DNA of 36,736 nt from Nostoc sp. DedSLP01 (GTDB lineage: Bacteria; Cyanobacteriota; Cyanobacteriia; Cyanobacteriales; Nostocaceae): assembly GCA_034530875.2 (NCBI GenBank), contig JAVRCJ020000028.1, positions 1-36,736 on the forward strand. The letters run 5' to 3'. The translations under genes and the position numbers were made by a program. A model generated the notes under the pieces. It worked only from the letters and a program-made list of their open reading frames with translations. It had not been told where the DNA came from and made no database searches. Below, piece after piece: positions 11,828 to 20,578 of this stretch (position 1 is its first letter; each line of letters starts with the position of its first letter).

Positions 11828-13237
11828 ATGACGGATTTTATTGAATCGAACAGTTCAGTTGAGGGCGGACAACCTCAACTGAGTTTGAGTAAAGATGCAG
11901 CGCGCAATTTGTCCAAAACAACTAAATCTGCACCGCAGACGCAGGAAATTACACCGCGGTGGTTGTTGAAGATGTTGCCGTGGGTGCAGACTAAGGCTGG
12001 CACTTATCGGTTGAATCGGCGGTTGACCTATACTGTGGGTGATGGGCGAATTAGTTTCACTAATACCGGAGCCGACGTCCAGGTAATTCCGGAGAAACTG
12101 ACTGAGTTACCATTGCTGCGAGGGTTTAACGATGTTGGTCTACTGAGCGCACTGGCAGGTAGGTTTGTTCAGCGGGAGTTTGCGCCTGGTGAGATTATAG
12201 TCCAGGCAGGTCAACTAGCTAATGAATTTGTGGCGATCGCGCATGGCAAGGTTAACAAGATTGGTGTTGGCAAGTATGACGAGCAGCCTTTGTTGGATGT
12301 GCTAGCTGACGGCGATTATTTTGGCGAACAGATATTAGTTGAGCCAGAAACCAGCAATTGGAAGTTTACAGTCACAGCTGTTACCCAATGCACAATATTG
12401 GCACTACCACAACAGGCATTTCGAGAACTGCTCAATCAGTCCAGTGCTTTGCAGGCTCAAGTTGAGCAGTTTCGGACTCGCGCCCAACAACCACAAAACA
12501 AATACGGAGAAGCTTTAATAGCCTTATCCTGCGCTCATCCTACAGAGACGACGTTACCAACAACATTTGTTGATTACGAACTCTCACCCCGCGAATATCA
12601 ATTGAGCATTGCTCAGACTGTGTTACGGGTGAGTACTAGAGTTGCGGATCTGTACAACGAACCGTATAACCAAACAGAAGAACAACTGCGACTGACTATC
12701 GAGGCATTGCGGGAACGTCAAGAATACGAGTTGATCAACAACCGCGAATTTGGGTTGCTGCACAATGCGGATTTCAAACAGCGCATTTATAGCCGTAGCG
12801 GCCCCCCTACTCCCGATGACCTTGACGAACTGGTTACCCGCCGGCGGAAATCGAAGTTCTTCTTGGCTCACCCGCGTACTATTGCAGCTTTCGGTCGAGA
12901 GTGCAACCGTCGGGGCATTTATCCACCAACCATTGATGTTGATGGCACTAAGATAATTACGTGGCGCAATGTACCGATTTTTCCCTCTAACAAAATCCCG
13001 ATTACTAAGAATCAGACTAGTTCTATCTTGATACTCCGCACTGGTGAAGATGACCAAGGTGTGATTGGTTTACATCAAACTGGTATCCCTGATGAATACC
13101 AACCGGGTCTGTCTGTCCGATTCATGGGTATCAACGAAAAGGCTATCATCTCCTACCTTGTGACAGCTTATTACTCTGCTGCGGTTCTTGTCCCTGATGC
13201 ACTCGGCATTCTCGAGGATGTTGAGATTGGGCGCTGA
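11828..13237 (+). CDS. cnb2: Family 2B encapsulin shell protein with cNMP-binding-type insertion (copy 2)
   Basis: 469-aa paralog of 10266-11675 with the same motifs and the same C-terminus [21 protein letters not shown]. Confidence 0.92.
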   Translation: MTDFIESNSSVEGGQPQLSLSKDAARNLSKTTKSAPQTQEITPRWLLKMLPWVQTKAGTYRLNRRLTYTVGDGRISFTNTGADVQVIPEKLTELPLLRGFNDVGLLSALAGRFVQREFAPGEIIVQAGQLANEFVAIAHGKVNKIGVGKYDEQPLLDVLADGDYFGEQILVEPETSNWKFTVTAVTQCTILALPQQAFRELLNQSSALQAQVEQFRTRAQQPQNKYGEALIALSCAHPTETTLPTTFVDYELSPREYQLSIAQTVLRVSTRVADLYNEPYNQTEEQLRLTIEALRERQEYELINNREFGLLHNADFKQRIYSRSGPPTPDDLDELVTRRRKSKFFLAHPRTIAAFGRECNRRGIYPPTIDVDGTKIITWRNVPIFPSNKIPITKNQTSSILILRTGEDDQGVIGLHQTGIPDEYQPGLSVRFMGINEKAIISYLVTAYYSAAVLVPDALGILEDVEIGR

Positions 13238-13271
13238 GCCGAATATTACTTACTTAAGACGAAACCCGATC

Positions 13272-13495
13272 GGGGTAGGGGGTAGGGTGTAGGGTGTGGG
13301 GTGTAGGAAAAAAATCAAGAAAAGTAAATATGAGTGCGAACATAAGTAATACCGACGTTGCTCAGTGAAAATATGAACTTGTTTCACGCAGAGAGTAAGA
13401 GTTTGAGAGATAGAATTTTTGACTTTCATACCTTAAAACAAGGGGTTTCTTTCTAAGGAGGCGCTTATTTCCCTACACCCCACACCCTACACCCT
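13272..13495. repeat. Inverted GGGTGTA-type heptamer repeat pair enclosing a deleted MITE copy
   Basis: Perfect 24-bp inverted repeat 13284-13307 / 13472-13495; 13354-13433 is the reverse complement of the 1855-2011 MITE lacking its middle and one TIR. Confidence 0.8.
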
Positions 13496-13555
13496 TTTTC
13501 ATGCATGGTTGTGAAAATTGTTTGATTGAGACTGCTTTATATACGAGAGTTTTAT

Positions 13556-14476
13556 ATGCCAAAATCAATGTTGCAAACTACTACAGACACTAGCTTTAAT
13601 TTAAAAGCTTATTTATCAGAACGGCAGGCTTTAGTTGAAGCAGAACTCGATCGCTCAATTACTGTGGCTTATCCAGAAATTCTCTACGAGTCTATGCGGT
13701 ATTCTCTATTAGCTGGAGGAAAACGCTTACGCCCAATTCTGTGTTTAGCAAGTTGCGAACTCTGTGGTGGCACATTAGAGATGGCAATGCCTACTGCCTG
13801 CGCTTTAGAAATGTGTCATACCTTTTCTCTGATGCATGATGATTTGCCTGCTATGGATAACGATGATTATCGGCGAGGTAGGCTAACTAACCATAAAGTT
13901 TATGGTGAAAATATTGCAATTTTAGCTGGCGATGCACTTTTAGCTTACGCCTTTGAGTTTTTAATCGTGCAAACAAAACAAGTTCCGGCAGAGCACCTGT
14001 TGCAAGTCGTTGTTAAGTTAAGCCACACTATGGCAGCAACAGGTTTAGTCGGCGGTCAAGTTGCTGATTTGCAATCTGAGGGTTTACAGAATATCGATCT
14101 CAAAACCCTCGACTTTATTCATACTCATAAAACTGGAGCTTTGTTAGAAACCTCAGTTCTCTCAGGGGCGATGTTAACAGGAGCGAGTGATTCTGTTTTA
14201 CAAAGACTTTCTGTTTATGCTCGTCACATTGGTCTAGCTTTTCAAATTGTAGATGATGTGCTTGATATTACTGGAACTCAAGAAGAACTAGGTAAAACTC
14301 CGGGTAAAGACCAAAAAGCACAGAAAGTAACTTACCCCAGTTTATGGGGTATTGAAGAATCAAAACGCAAAAGTCAAGAATTAGTTGACCTAGCCAAAGG
14401 TGAAGTTGCTGGTTTTGGAGATAAGGCACAACCTCTAATGGCGATCGCAGATTATATCGTTGCAAGAACGCATTAA
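13556..14476 (+). CDS. Short-chain trans-prenyltransferase, CrtE paralog, probable farnesyl diphosphate synthase
   Basis: [50 protein letters not shown]; Phe at -5 from the first Asp-rich motif. ATG 13556 preferred over TTG 13526. Confidence 0.9.
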   Translation: MPKSMLQTTTDTSFNLKAYLSERQALVEAELDRSITVAYPEILYESMRYSLLAGGKRLRPILCLASCELCGGTLEMAMPTACALEMCHTFSLMHDDLPAMDNDDYRRGRLTNHKVYGENIAILAGDALLAYAFEFLIVQTKQVPAEHLLQVVVKLSHTMAATGLVGGQVADLQSEGLQNIDLKTLDFIHTHKTGALLETSVLSGAMLTGASDSVLQRLSVYARHIGLAFQIVDDVLDITGTQEELGKTPGKDQKAQKVTYPSLWGIEESKRKSQELVDLAKGEVAGFGDKAQPLMAIADYIVARTH

Positions 14477-14545
14477 TCCTTGATTTGCCATCTATGAAGT
14501 TTGAGAATCGAATGGCACTAAGAAAAGATGAAATCTCGTCAGGGC

Positions 14546-14655
14546 AGGGTGTAGGGGGTAGGGTGTAGGGTGTAGTGTTTAAGACAATTTAATTTGGATT
14601 GCGCCAAAAAGTTCAACATCTTCTTAATTCCCCACACCCTACACCCCACACCCTA
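14546..14655. repeat. Inverted GGGTGTA/TACACCC heptamer repeat pair between convergent genes
   Basis: G-rich arm 14546-14575, C-rich arm 14630-14655. Confidence 0.75.
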
Positions 14656-14711
14656 TAAGCCAACCATATCAAGGGTTTGCGCTTAACTAGTGGCATTCGT
14701 TTGAGAATCAG

Positions 14712-16979
14712 CTATCCTTTTACCTCATCCTTTGGAGGATTCGGCGGACACCAAAACAGGTTTTTACTAGAAACGCCAAGGGATTCTAAAATTTCTCGCA
14801 TTACCTGGGTGCAGTACATCCAGTGTCCTAAATCGTCATACATGCGATCGGGATTAAACTCTACGTTGTAATGCAGTACATTGGGAAGACCTAAAAATTC
14901 ATCGCTAGATTGGGGAGAAAGCAGCAGCAGGTGAAATGGCTTTTCCTGGCATTGTTTTTTTAGCTTATCGACCAAATCCATTGCACCATTACGATCTGCT
15001 ATACCTGTACGGACAAAAAGTGCTTTGTCGCAATTTTGCAATGTGTACCAAAACCTTTGGGAGCGTGCGCTGTAGCGAACCCGCATCCGTTCGTAGACGG
15101 GAGACATATCGTTTACAGGATCGTCTGTGTCTTCGACTTCATGGGCAAAGGATAAACCCGTCCATTTACTATGGTAGATTCTGCACGCATCGGCATTGTA
15201 ATGCAGAAAAGCAGGGTTCCACATATCATAAAAACGATTTTCGATGATATCTGCGATGTCTGCAATCTTGGTAGTGCGCGTTAAATCAAAGGGGAATGCC
15301 GGGCCGTCGTACTCCATTTTATACAGCATCATCCTGACGGCACAGCGATCGCCCAGTGGCAAAATCGCAATTCGGCTGATATCCGATAATTTACATTTAT
15401 ATTCAAACAGTATCGCTGACTTGGGTAGTGCTTTCACTCTACTTTCCAGCCCCTTGTTGCCAATCATCATGGTACGGAAGGGGATATCGGGATGCAGTGA
15501 ATCTTCATAAACACCCGATGGTAAGGCTTTGAGTGCTTGGCGGATCTCTGGCCACATGGGATGAATGTTGTATTCGTTGTCTGATTCGTTAATTACCCAG
15601 AGGTGGCGTTCGTCGGCTTGTAAAATGCCCAGATGTCCGTCATAAAATAAAAGGTTTGAGTTGCTGGGCGAAAAAAGATTGAAGGCGGCAGTGTATTCTA
15701 AATCTGCACCAGGGGGAATGTCCATTGTGGTGGCGATCGCCCCATTATCTTGGACAGTAAAGAAGGGGAGTATCCCTGGCTGTGCAGACTTGGCAATGTA
15801 GATACCAGGGGTCAATCCTGCCGTGTTTTGTAGTGCTGTTTGGAGTTCTTGCCAATAGGGAGCAATGGTGTAGGTATATTTCGATGGATTGACGATGCGC
15901 AAACGCTTTTCATCGATACAGGCAGAGACATAAAAACCTGTATAGTCAAGATAGACGGTAACTTGATTTGGCTGCTGGAAGCGTTGTTTTTCTTTTGTCA
16001 ATTCGGTTTTGGCGATCGCAAATAAATTCAAATCGATGCACTCATACATTAGACGATGCCCGACGGTGTTGGGATGAGCCGGATCGAAAGATATGCCATC
16101 TTTCCAGCGTCCCTGACCGTTATCTAATGCTGCCAACCAATCAAATATAGTCACGCCCCAATTTAGCATCCGGTTATGCGTGTCTTTCAACAGCCAGTAA
16201 TGTTCCGGCGAATAATCATTGTGAGGATAGACTCCGCCGAGAATTGGACGTGCGCCCAGATCCCGCGTCATTTTCACCAGCTGTTGTAAACCACTTTCAA
16301 ATCGCCGTTGAACTGCGCGGCGTTCGTGGGGGAGACAGTAGGCTAACCCTTCGTTACCTAGAGACAGGGCAATAATTACAATATCTGGTTTTTCTGGGAT
16401 GACGACTGAGGCAAATCGATTGATTGTTCTGGTGACATTCGCCCCAGCTTCAGACACATTTACAACTTGATGTCCGTATTTTTCCTGCAAAGCTTGTCCT
16501 AATAGCCAAGCCCAACCTCTGAAGAGCCAAGCTTTATGGCCGAAAGCAACGGAACTGCCAAGAACTACGATTTTTAGTTTCTCGGAATCTTCGTTTGCAG
16601 GTATTTTGGCAGGTTCTTGAGCAAAATATCCAAAGGGATAAGGCTGCAAATAACCGAATGCGCCATCATCCACAATAATTGTTTTCGAGCGATTTTCAGG
16701 GTCAATTGGTATCCATCGGTTAAAACCGAAAGCTTCCCAGCGCGCGCTGCCGTCAGAGTCTATACGCACATACTTATATTCAATTTTCTCGCCATTACTA
16801 GACTCTAAAAATGGCGCAAAGTTGATTTCTTTATCTGTCCACCATAAAGGATAGCGATCGGGACTTGTACGCAGAGGAACATATTTTTTGATATCCCACA
16901 GTCCCAACTCGGTAGTAGAACCTACAATACCTATGGATTCACCAGTTTGGGTATGTGCGCCGATCTGGAATCGATACAT
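14712..16979 (-). CDS. CBM20 - SGNH/GDSL hydrolase - DUF1796 (putative papain-like peptidase) fusion protein
   Basis: N-terminal GESIGIVGSTTELGLWD..YPLWW..EYKYV (CBM20); LGSSVAFG, LGNE, DPAHPN (SGNH blocks); C-terminal LGDRC..PFD..FVR (DUF1796-like). Confidence 0.8.
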   Translation of the reverse strand: MYRFQIGAHTQTGESIGIVGSTTELGLWDIKKYVPLRTSPDRYPLWWTDKEINFAPFLESSNGEKIEYKYVRIDSDGSARWEAFGFNRWIPIDPENRSKTIIVDDGAFGYLQPYPFGYFAQEPAKIPANEDSEKLKIVVLGSSVAFGHKAWLFRGWAWLLGQALQEKYGHQVVNVSEAGANVTRTINRFASVVIPEKPDIVIIALSLGNEGLAYCLPHERRAVQRRFESGLQQLVKMTRDLGARPILGGVYPHNDYSPEHYWLLKDTHNRMLNWGVTIFDWLAALDNGQGRWKDGISFDPAHPNTVGHRLMYECIDLNLFAIAKTELTKEKQRFQQPNQVTVYLDYTGFYVSACIDEKRLRIVNPSKYTYTIAPYWQELQTALQNTAGLTPGIYIAKSAQPGILPFFTVQDNGAIATTMDIPPGADLEYTAAFNLFSPSNSNLLFYDGHLGILQADERHLWVINESDNEYNIHPMWPEIRQALKALPSGVYEDSLHPDIPFRTMMIGNKGLESRVKALPKSAILFEYKCKLSDISRIAILPLGDRCAVRMMLYKMEYDGPAFPFDLTRTTKIADIADIIENRFYDMWNPAFLHYNADACRIYHSKWTGLSFAHEVEDTDDPVNDMSPVYERMRVRYSARSQRFWYTLQNCDKALFVRTGIADRNGAMDLVDKLKKQCQEKPFHLLLLSPQSSDEFLGLPNVLHYNVEFNPDRMYDDLGHWMYCTQVMREILESLGVSSKNLFWCPPNPPKDEVKG

Positions 16980-17271
16980 AAGTTTTTCCCTGTGTTAAAT
17001 ATTACCAGACCAGAGCCGAAAACTTAATCCTGAAAGTCATTTTGACAATATCATATATAAATCTTAAGAGCAATTGTGAATTTCAAAATTCAGGTCGCTA
17101 TATTTTCCTAGATATTCTTGTTTAATTAAAAGTAAAGCTATATTTAATGAAAGGTAAAATCTGGCGATCGCCTGACAGTAGATTTCAAATTATTCAAGTA
17201 CGCTCAATAGAGCGAAAATTTCTAGAATTACAGAAGTTTTCGCTCTAGTGAAATTCACAACATTTTTTGAA

Positions 17272-17838
17272 TTATGGTACTAACCGCCATTTCTGATCTG
17301 TGGGGAAACCATTGATGCTAAGTCCAGTTAGTTCGCAATCCCACAATTGCAATGATGAACCGTTAAGTGTGGCAGGATCTCCAGCGACATCAAGGCATTT
17401 ATTGGATAATAAATTTGTGATATATCCCCCAGCAATCAATCCCCATCTTTGATCTGTGCGGATACCATTGATTGTCAATGCAGCTAGTTCGCAATCCCAC
17501 AGTTGCAATGATGAACCGTTAGCTGTGGCAGGATCTCCAACTACATCAAGGCATTTGTTAGATAATACATTTTTGAGAAATCCTCCAGCAGTGAATTCCC
17601 ACTTCTGATCTGTGGGCGCACCGTCACCGCTAAATCCAGACTCTTCACAATCCCACAGTTGCACTCGCGAAGCGTTATTTATGCCAGGACTTCCAGATAC
17701 ATCAAGGCATCTGTTGGATAATTCGTTTTTTATAAAAAATCCGCCGATCGCTATTTGTGCTTTTACAGAAGTCTGCCAAATACCTTCAATAATAAGCAAA
17801 CCAAGCGAAAATCCCAGGATATGCCATTTAATTTTCAT
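17272..17838 (-). CDS. Secreted ricin-B-type (beta-trefoil) lectin domain protein
   Basis: Signal peptide ending VKA-Q; three repeats of N..SN(K/R)CLDV.G.P...QLWDCE...DQ(K/R)W. Confidence 0.9.
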   Translation of the reverse strand: MKIKWHILGFSLGLLIIEGIWQTSVKAQIAIGGFFIKNELSNRCLDVSGSPGINNASRVQLWDCEESGFSGDGAPTDQKWEFTAGGFLKNVLSNKCLDVVGDPATANGSSLQLWDCELAALTINGIRTDQRWGLIAGGYITNLLSNKCLDVAGDPATLNGSSLQLWDCELTGLSINGFPTDQKWRLVP

Positions 17839-18711
17839 TTATTTATCTCCTTTTCAGGATAGAGCAAAAAGCAGTTAAAAAATTAAAAAACAAATTTTTT
17901 GCTGTAATTTATAACTTTTTACAGAATTTCAGCTTTAAGTAGATTGATTTGAATAAATCCAAATTTATAAGCAAGTGTAAAGTTATAGGTTATTTATCTA
18001 GTCTTGTAGCACTATACTTTACCTAAGTTTATGTATTTGATTTGAATTTTGCCAATATACTTATTATTCTATAAATATATAAAAAGGCTTGAAAAAGTAA
18101 AATCTATTGATAAAATTCTTAGAAAATCTTCAATGTATTTTATAGTGCTTGGAATAACACTCTCCTACCACTAACACAGTGCTTTACAATCCATAATAAA
18201 AATCGTCTAATTTACTTTTTGCAAGAAAAATTTAGCAATTCAAAATAAATAATGCAATGATTTATATGAATAATTTAAAAACAAAAACTAGTAGTAATAC
18301 TGTTACCGCCAGCACAATATTTAACCAGAATTTTTGACAAAATCTCAAAAAGCGATCGCGTTTTCATACCAGTAGCGATCGCATCCTGAATTGCTGAAAA
18401 GGCTTGCTCCCGTTCCTTGTCCATCCAAAAAACTCTGCATCATTTTACATTGCAATTTGATGTATAGTTAGGCATACGAAATTCAACCTACATTTATTTT
18501 TATCCTCCCAAGATGATAGAGGCCGGTGATGGAGGCACTCACTTCCGTTATAGATGGAAGCAACAAGTTAAATACTCTTGCCTTGTGCTTGCTACCTTCT
18601 TTCTTGAAAAAGGGTTAAGGCGGGATAAATCAAAGATTGTCTCATGCTTTCCGGAAATTAGGAGGTAATGTCAGAAAAACTAAATAAAATGACTCACTGA
18701 GTAACCAGGTT

Positions 18712-20460
18712 ATGATCCACCACATCATTGGTAAATTGTTACAAGGGCGTTACCAAATTGTCCAAAGCCTTGGTGCAGGGGTGTTTGGGCAAACATACAT
18801 TGCCCTGGATGTAGATTACCCAGATAATCCTAAATGCGTAGTTAAACTGATAAAAGCTAGCAGTTTTGAGTCCAACTACTTGGACACGCTGAGATTATTG
18901 TTTTTAACTGAAACTGAAACTCTCAAGCTTCTAGGAAGCCATCCGCAAATTCCTGAATTTATCGCCTGCTTTGAAGAAAACAAGCGATTTTATTTAGTAC
19001 AAGAGTATATTGAAGGACATGCGCTGACTGCGGAATTGCCCATAATTCAAAATTGGGGCTGTTTGTGGAGTGAAAGCGAAGTTGTAGAATTTTTATTAGA
19101 TGTCTTAGGTATTCTGGAATTTATTCATTCTCAAGGCGTTATCCATTGCGATATTAAACCAGAAAATTTAATTAGACGGGCTAGCGATAATAAGCTGGTT
19201 TTAATTGATTTTGGTTCAATCCAATCTATTAATTTTGGTATAGGTGCAGAATTACCTATTCATAAAATTCCTGTGACTTCATTGGGATACATACCACCAG
19301 AACAATTTATTGGCGAAACACAGCCTAATAGCGATATTTATGCTTTGGGAATGATTGCTATTCAGGCATTAACTGGGCTAGAACCACTACAATTAAAGGT
19401 AGATCCTTATACTAATGAGATTATTTGGCGTTCTTCAAGTACCCCAGTTAATGATTATTTAGCTGCTGTTCTGAGTCAGATGATCCGCTACAATTATCAA
19501 GACCGTTTTCAGTCTGCAACTGAAGTTCTGCGGGTTCTCCAACAAATGAAATGGGAAACTCAGTCATCAGAAATATCAACAGTAGATGATGATTTTTTGG
19601 CAGAACCTACGAGTGAAGATGCTACTTATGAGAATTCTACCTCTTTAAAATTATCGCCGTTATGGACAGGGATGAAAGTAGGGCTAGCAGCAAATTCTTT
19701 GTTAATGGGGTTTGGTGTATATTCTTTAATTAATAATTCACCTGCTTACTCAGAAACAGAAACTTTATCGCAAGCAAAAAAAGAATATCAAGCAGGAGAT
19801 TTAGAAGAAGCGATCGCATTAGTTAAATCAATTCCTTCCCAGAGCAATATTTATCCAGAAGCTCAAGCTACAATCGAAGAATGGCAACAACAATGGCAAG
19901 TAGCTGCACAACAATACCAAATAGCTTTAACAGCTTATCATGAAAGTAGATGGTCAGATGTAATTGATGCGGCTCGTCTAACTCCAAATATTTTATATTG
20001 GCAATCTAAAACAGATAAATTAATCGAACAAGCATACATTAAGATTCAAGCACAAACTGAAGATTTATTAGCAAAAGCTTACGATAGCGCCAGTATTAAA
20101 GATTTCTCAGCAGCATTACGATATTTGCGTCAAATTCCTAAAGAAAGTTCTGCTGGTGCTATAGTTCAAGATAAATTGGCTGAGTACAATCGCAAACGGC
20201 AAATCAGAGCAGCTTATTTTTTAAATAAAGCTTACTATCAAGCATCTATTGGTGAGTTCGATCGGGCTGTAAAGTTACTCAAAAATATTCCCAATGATAC
20301 TTTAGTTTACTCTGAAGCTCAAATTAAATTAAATGAGTATACTCGAAAGCAACGCTTCATAGCTCAAAATAGTCAGCTAGCTTCTGTAAAAAGAGAATCA
20401 TCTCGGAAGATTAGATATTTCAAGATAGAAAATCAGTTGCAAGAGTTGAATATTCAATAA
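18712..20460 (+). CDS. Ser/Thr protein kinase (non-RD) with TM-like segment and helical-repeat C-terminus
   Basis: LGAGVFG, CVVK, HCDIKPEN, DFG, PPEQ, SDIYALG; hydrophobic segment around aa 320-340; repeated IP(S/K/N) helical units. Confidence 0.92.
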   Translation: MIHHIIGKLLQGRYQIVQSLGAGVFGQTYIALDVDYPDNPKCVVKLIKASSFESNYLDTLRLLFLTETETLKLLGSHPQIPEFIACFEENKRFYLVQEYIEGHALTAELPIIQNWGCLWSESEVVEFLLDVLGILEFIHSQGVIHCDIKPENLIRRASDNKLVLIDFGSIQSINFGIGAELPIHKIPVTSLGYIPPEQFIGETQPNSDIYALGMIAIQALTGLEPLQLKVDPYTNEIIWRSSSTPVNDYLAAVLSQMIRYNYQDRFQSATEVLRVLQQMKWETQSSEISTVDDDFLAEPTSEDATYENSTSLKLSPLWTGMKVGLAANSLLMGFGVYSLINNSPAYSETETLSQAKKEYQAGDLEEAIALVKSIPSQSNIYPEAQATIEEWQQQWQVAAQQYQIALTAYHESRWSDVIDAARLTPNILYWQSKTDKLIEQAYIKIQAQTEDLLAKAYDSASIKDFSAALRYLRQIPKESSAGAIVQDKLAEYNRKRQIRAAYFLNKAYYQASIGEFDRAVKLLKNIPNDTLVYSEAQIKLNEYTRKQRFIAQNSQLASVKRESSRKIRYFKIENQLQELNIQ

Positions 20461-20578
20461 GTTGGAGTAATTTAATCTATCATTTTTATCTCACGCACGA
20501 GGCAAGAGAGCCGCAGAGAAGGAAGCATTTTGAATTGCAGAAAGTGCTTCCCTCTGTCTTAGACTCAGTGTTAAACGC

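Noticed and set aside
10266..13237. Calling cnb1/cnb2 Crp/Fnr transcription factors or prophage capsid genes
   Set aside because: No HTH follows the cNMP-type domain and there are no terminase, portal or tail genes; motifs and context fit Family 2B encapsulins.
18520..18560. GGTGATGGAG resembling a fluoride riboswitch start
   Set aside because: The complementary pseudoknot segment is not evident and the downstream gene is a kinase.
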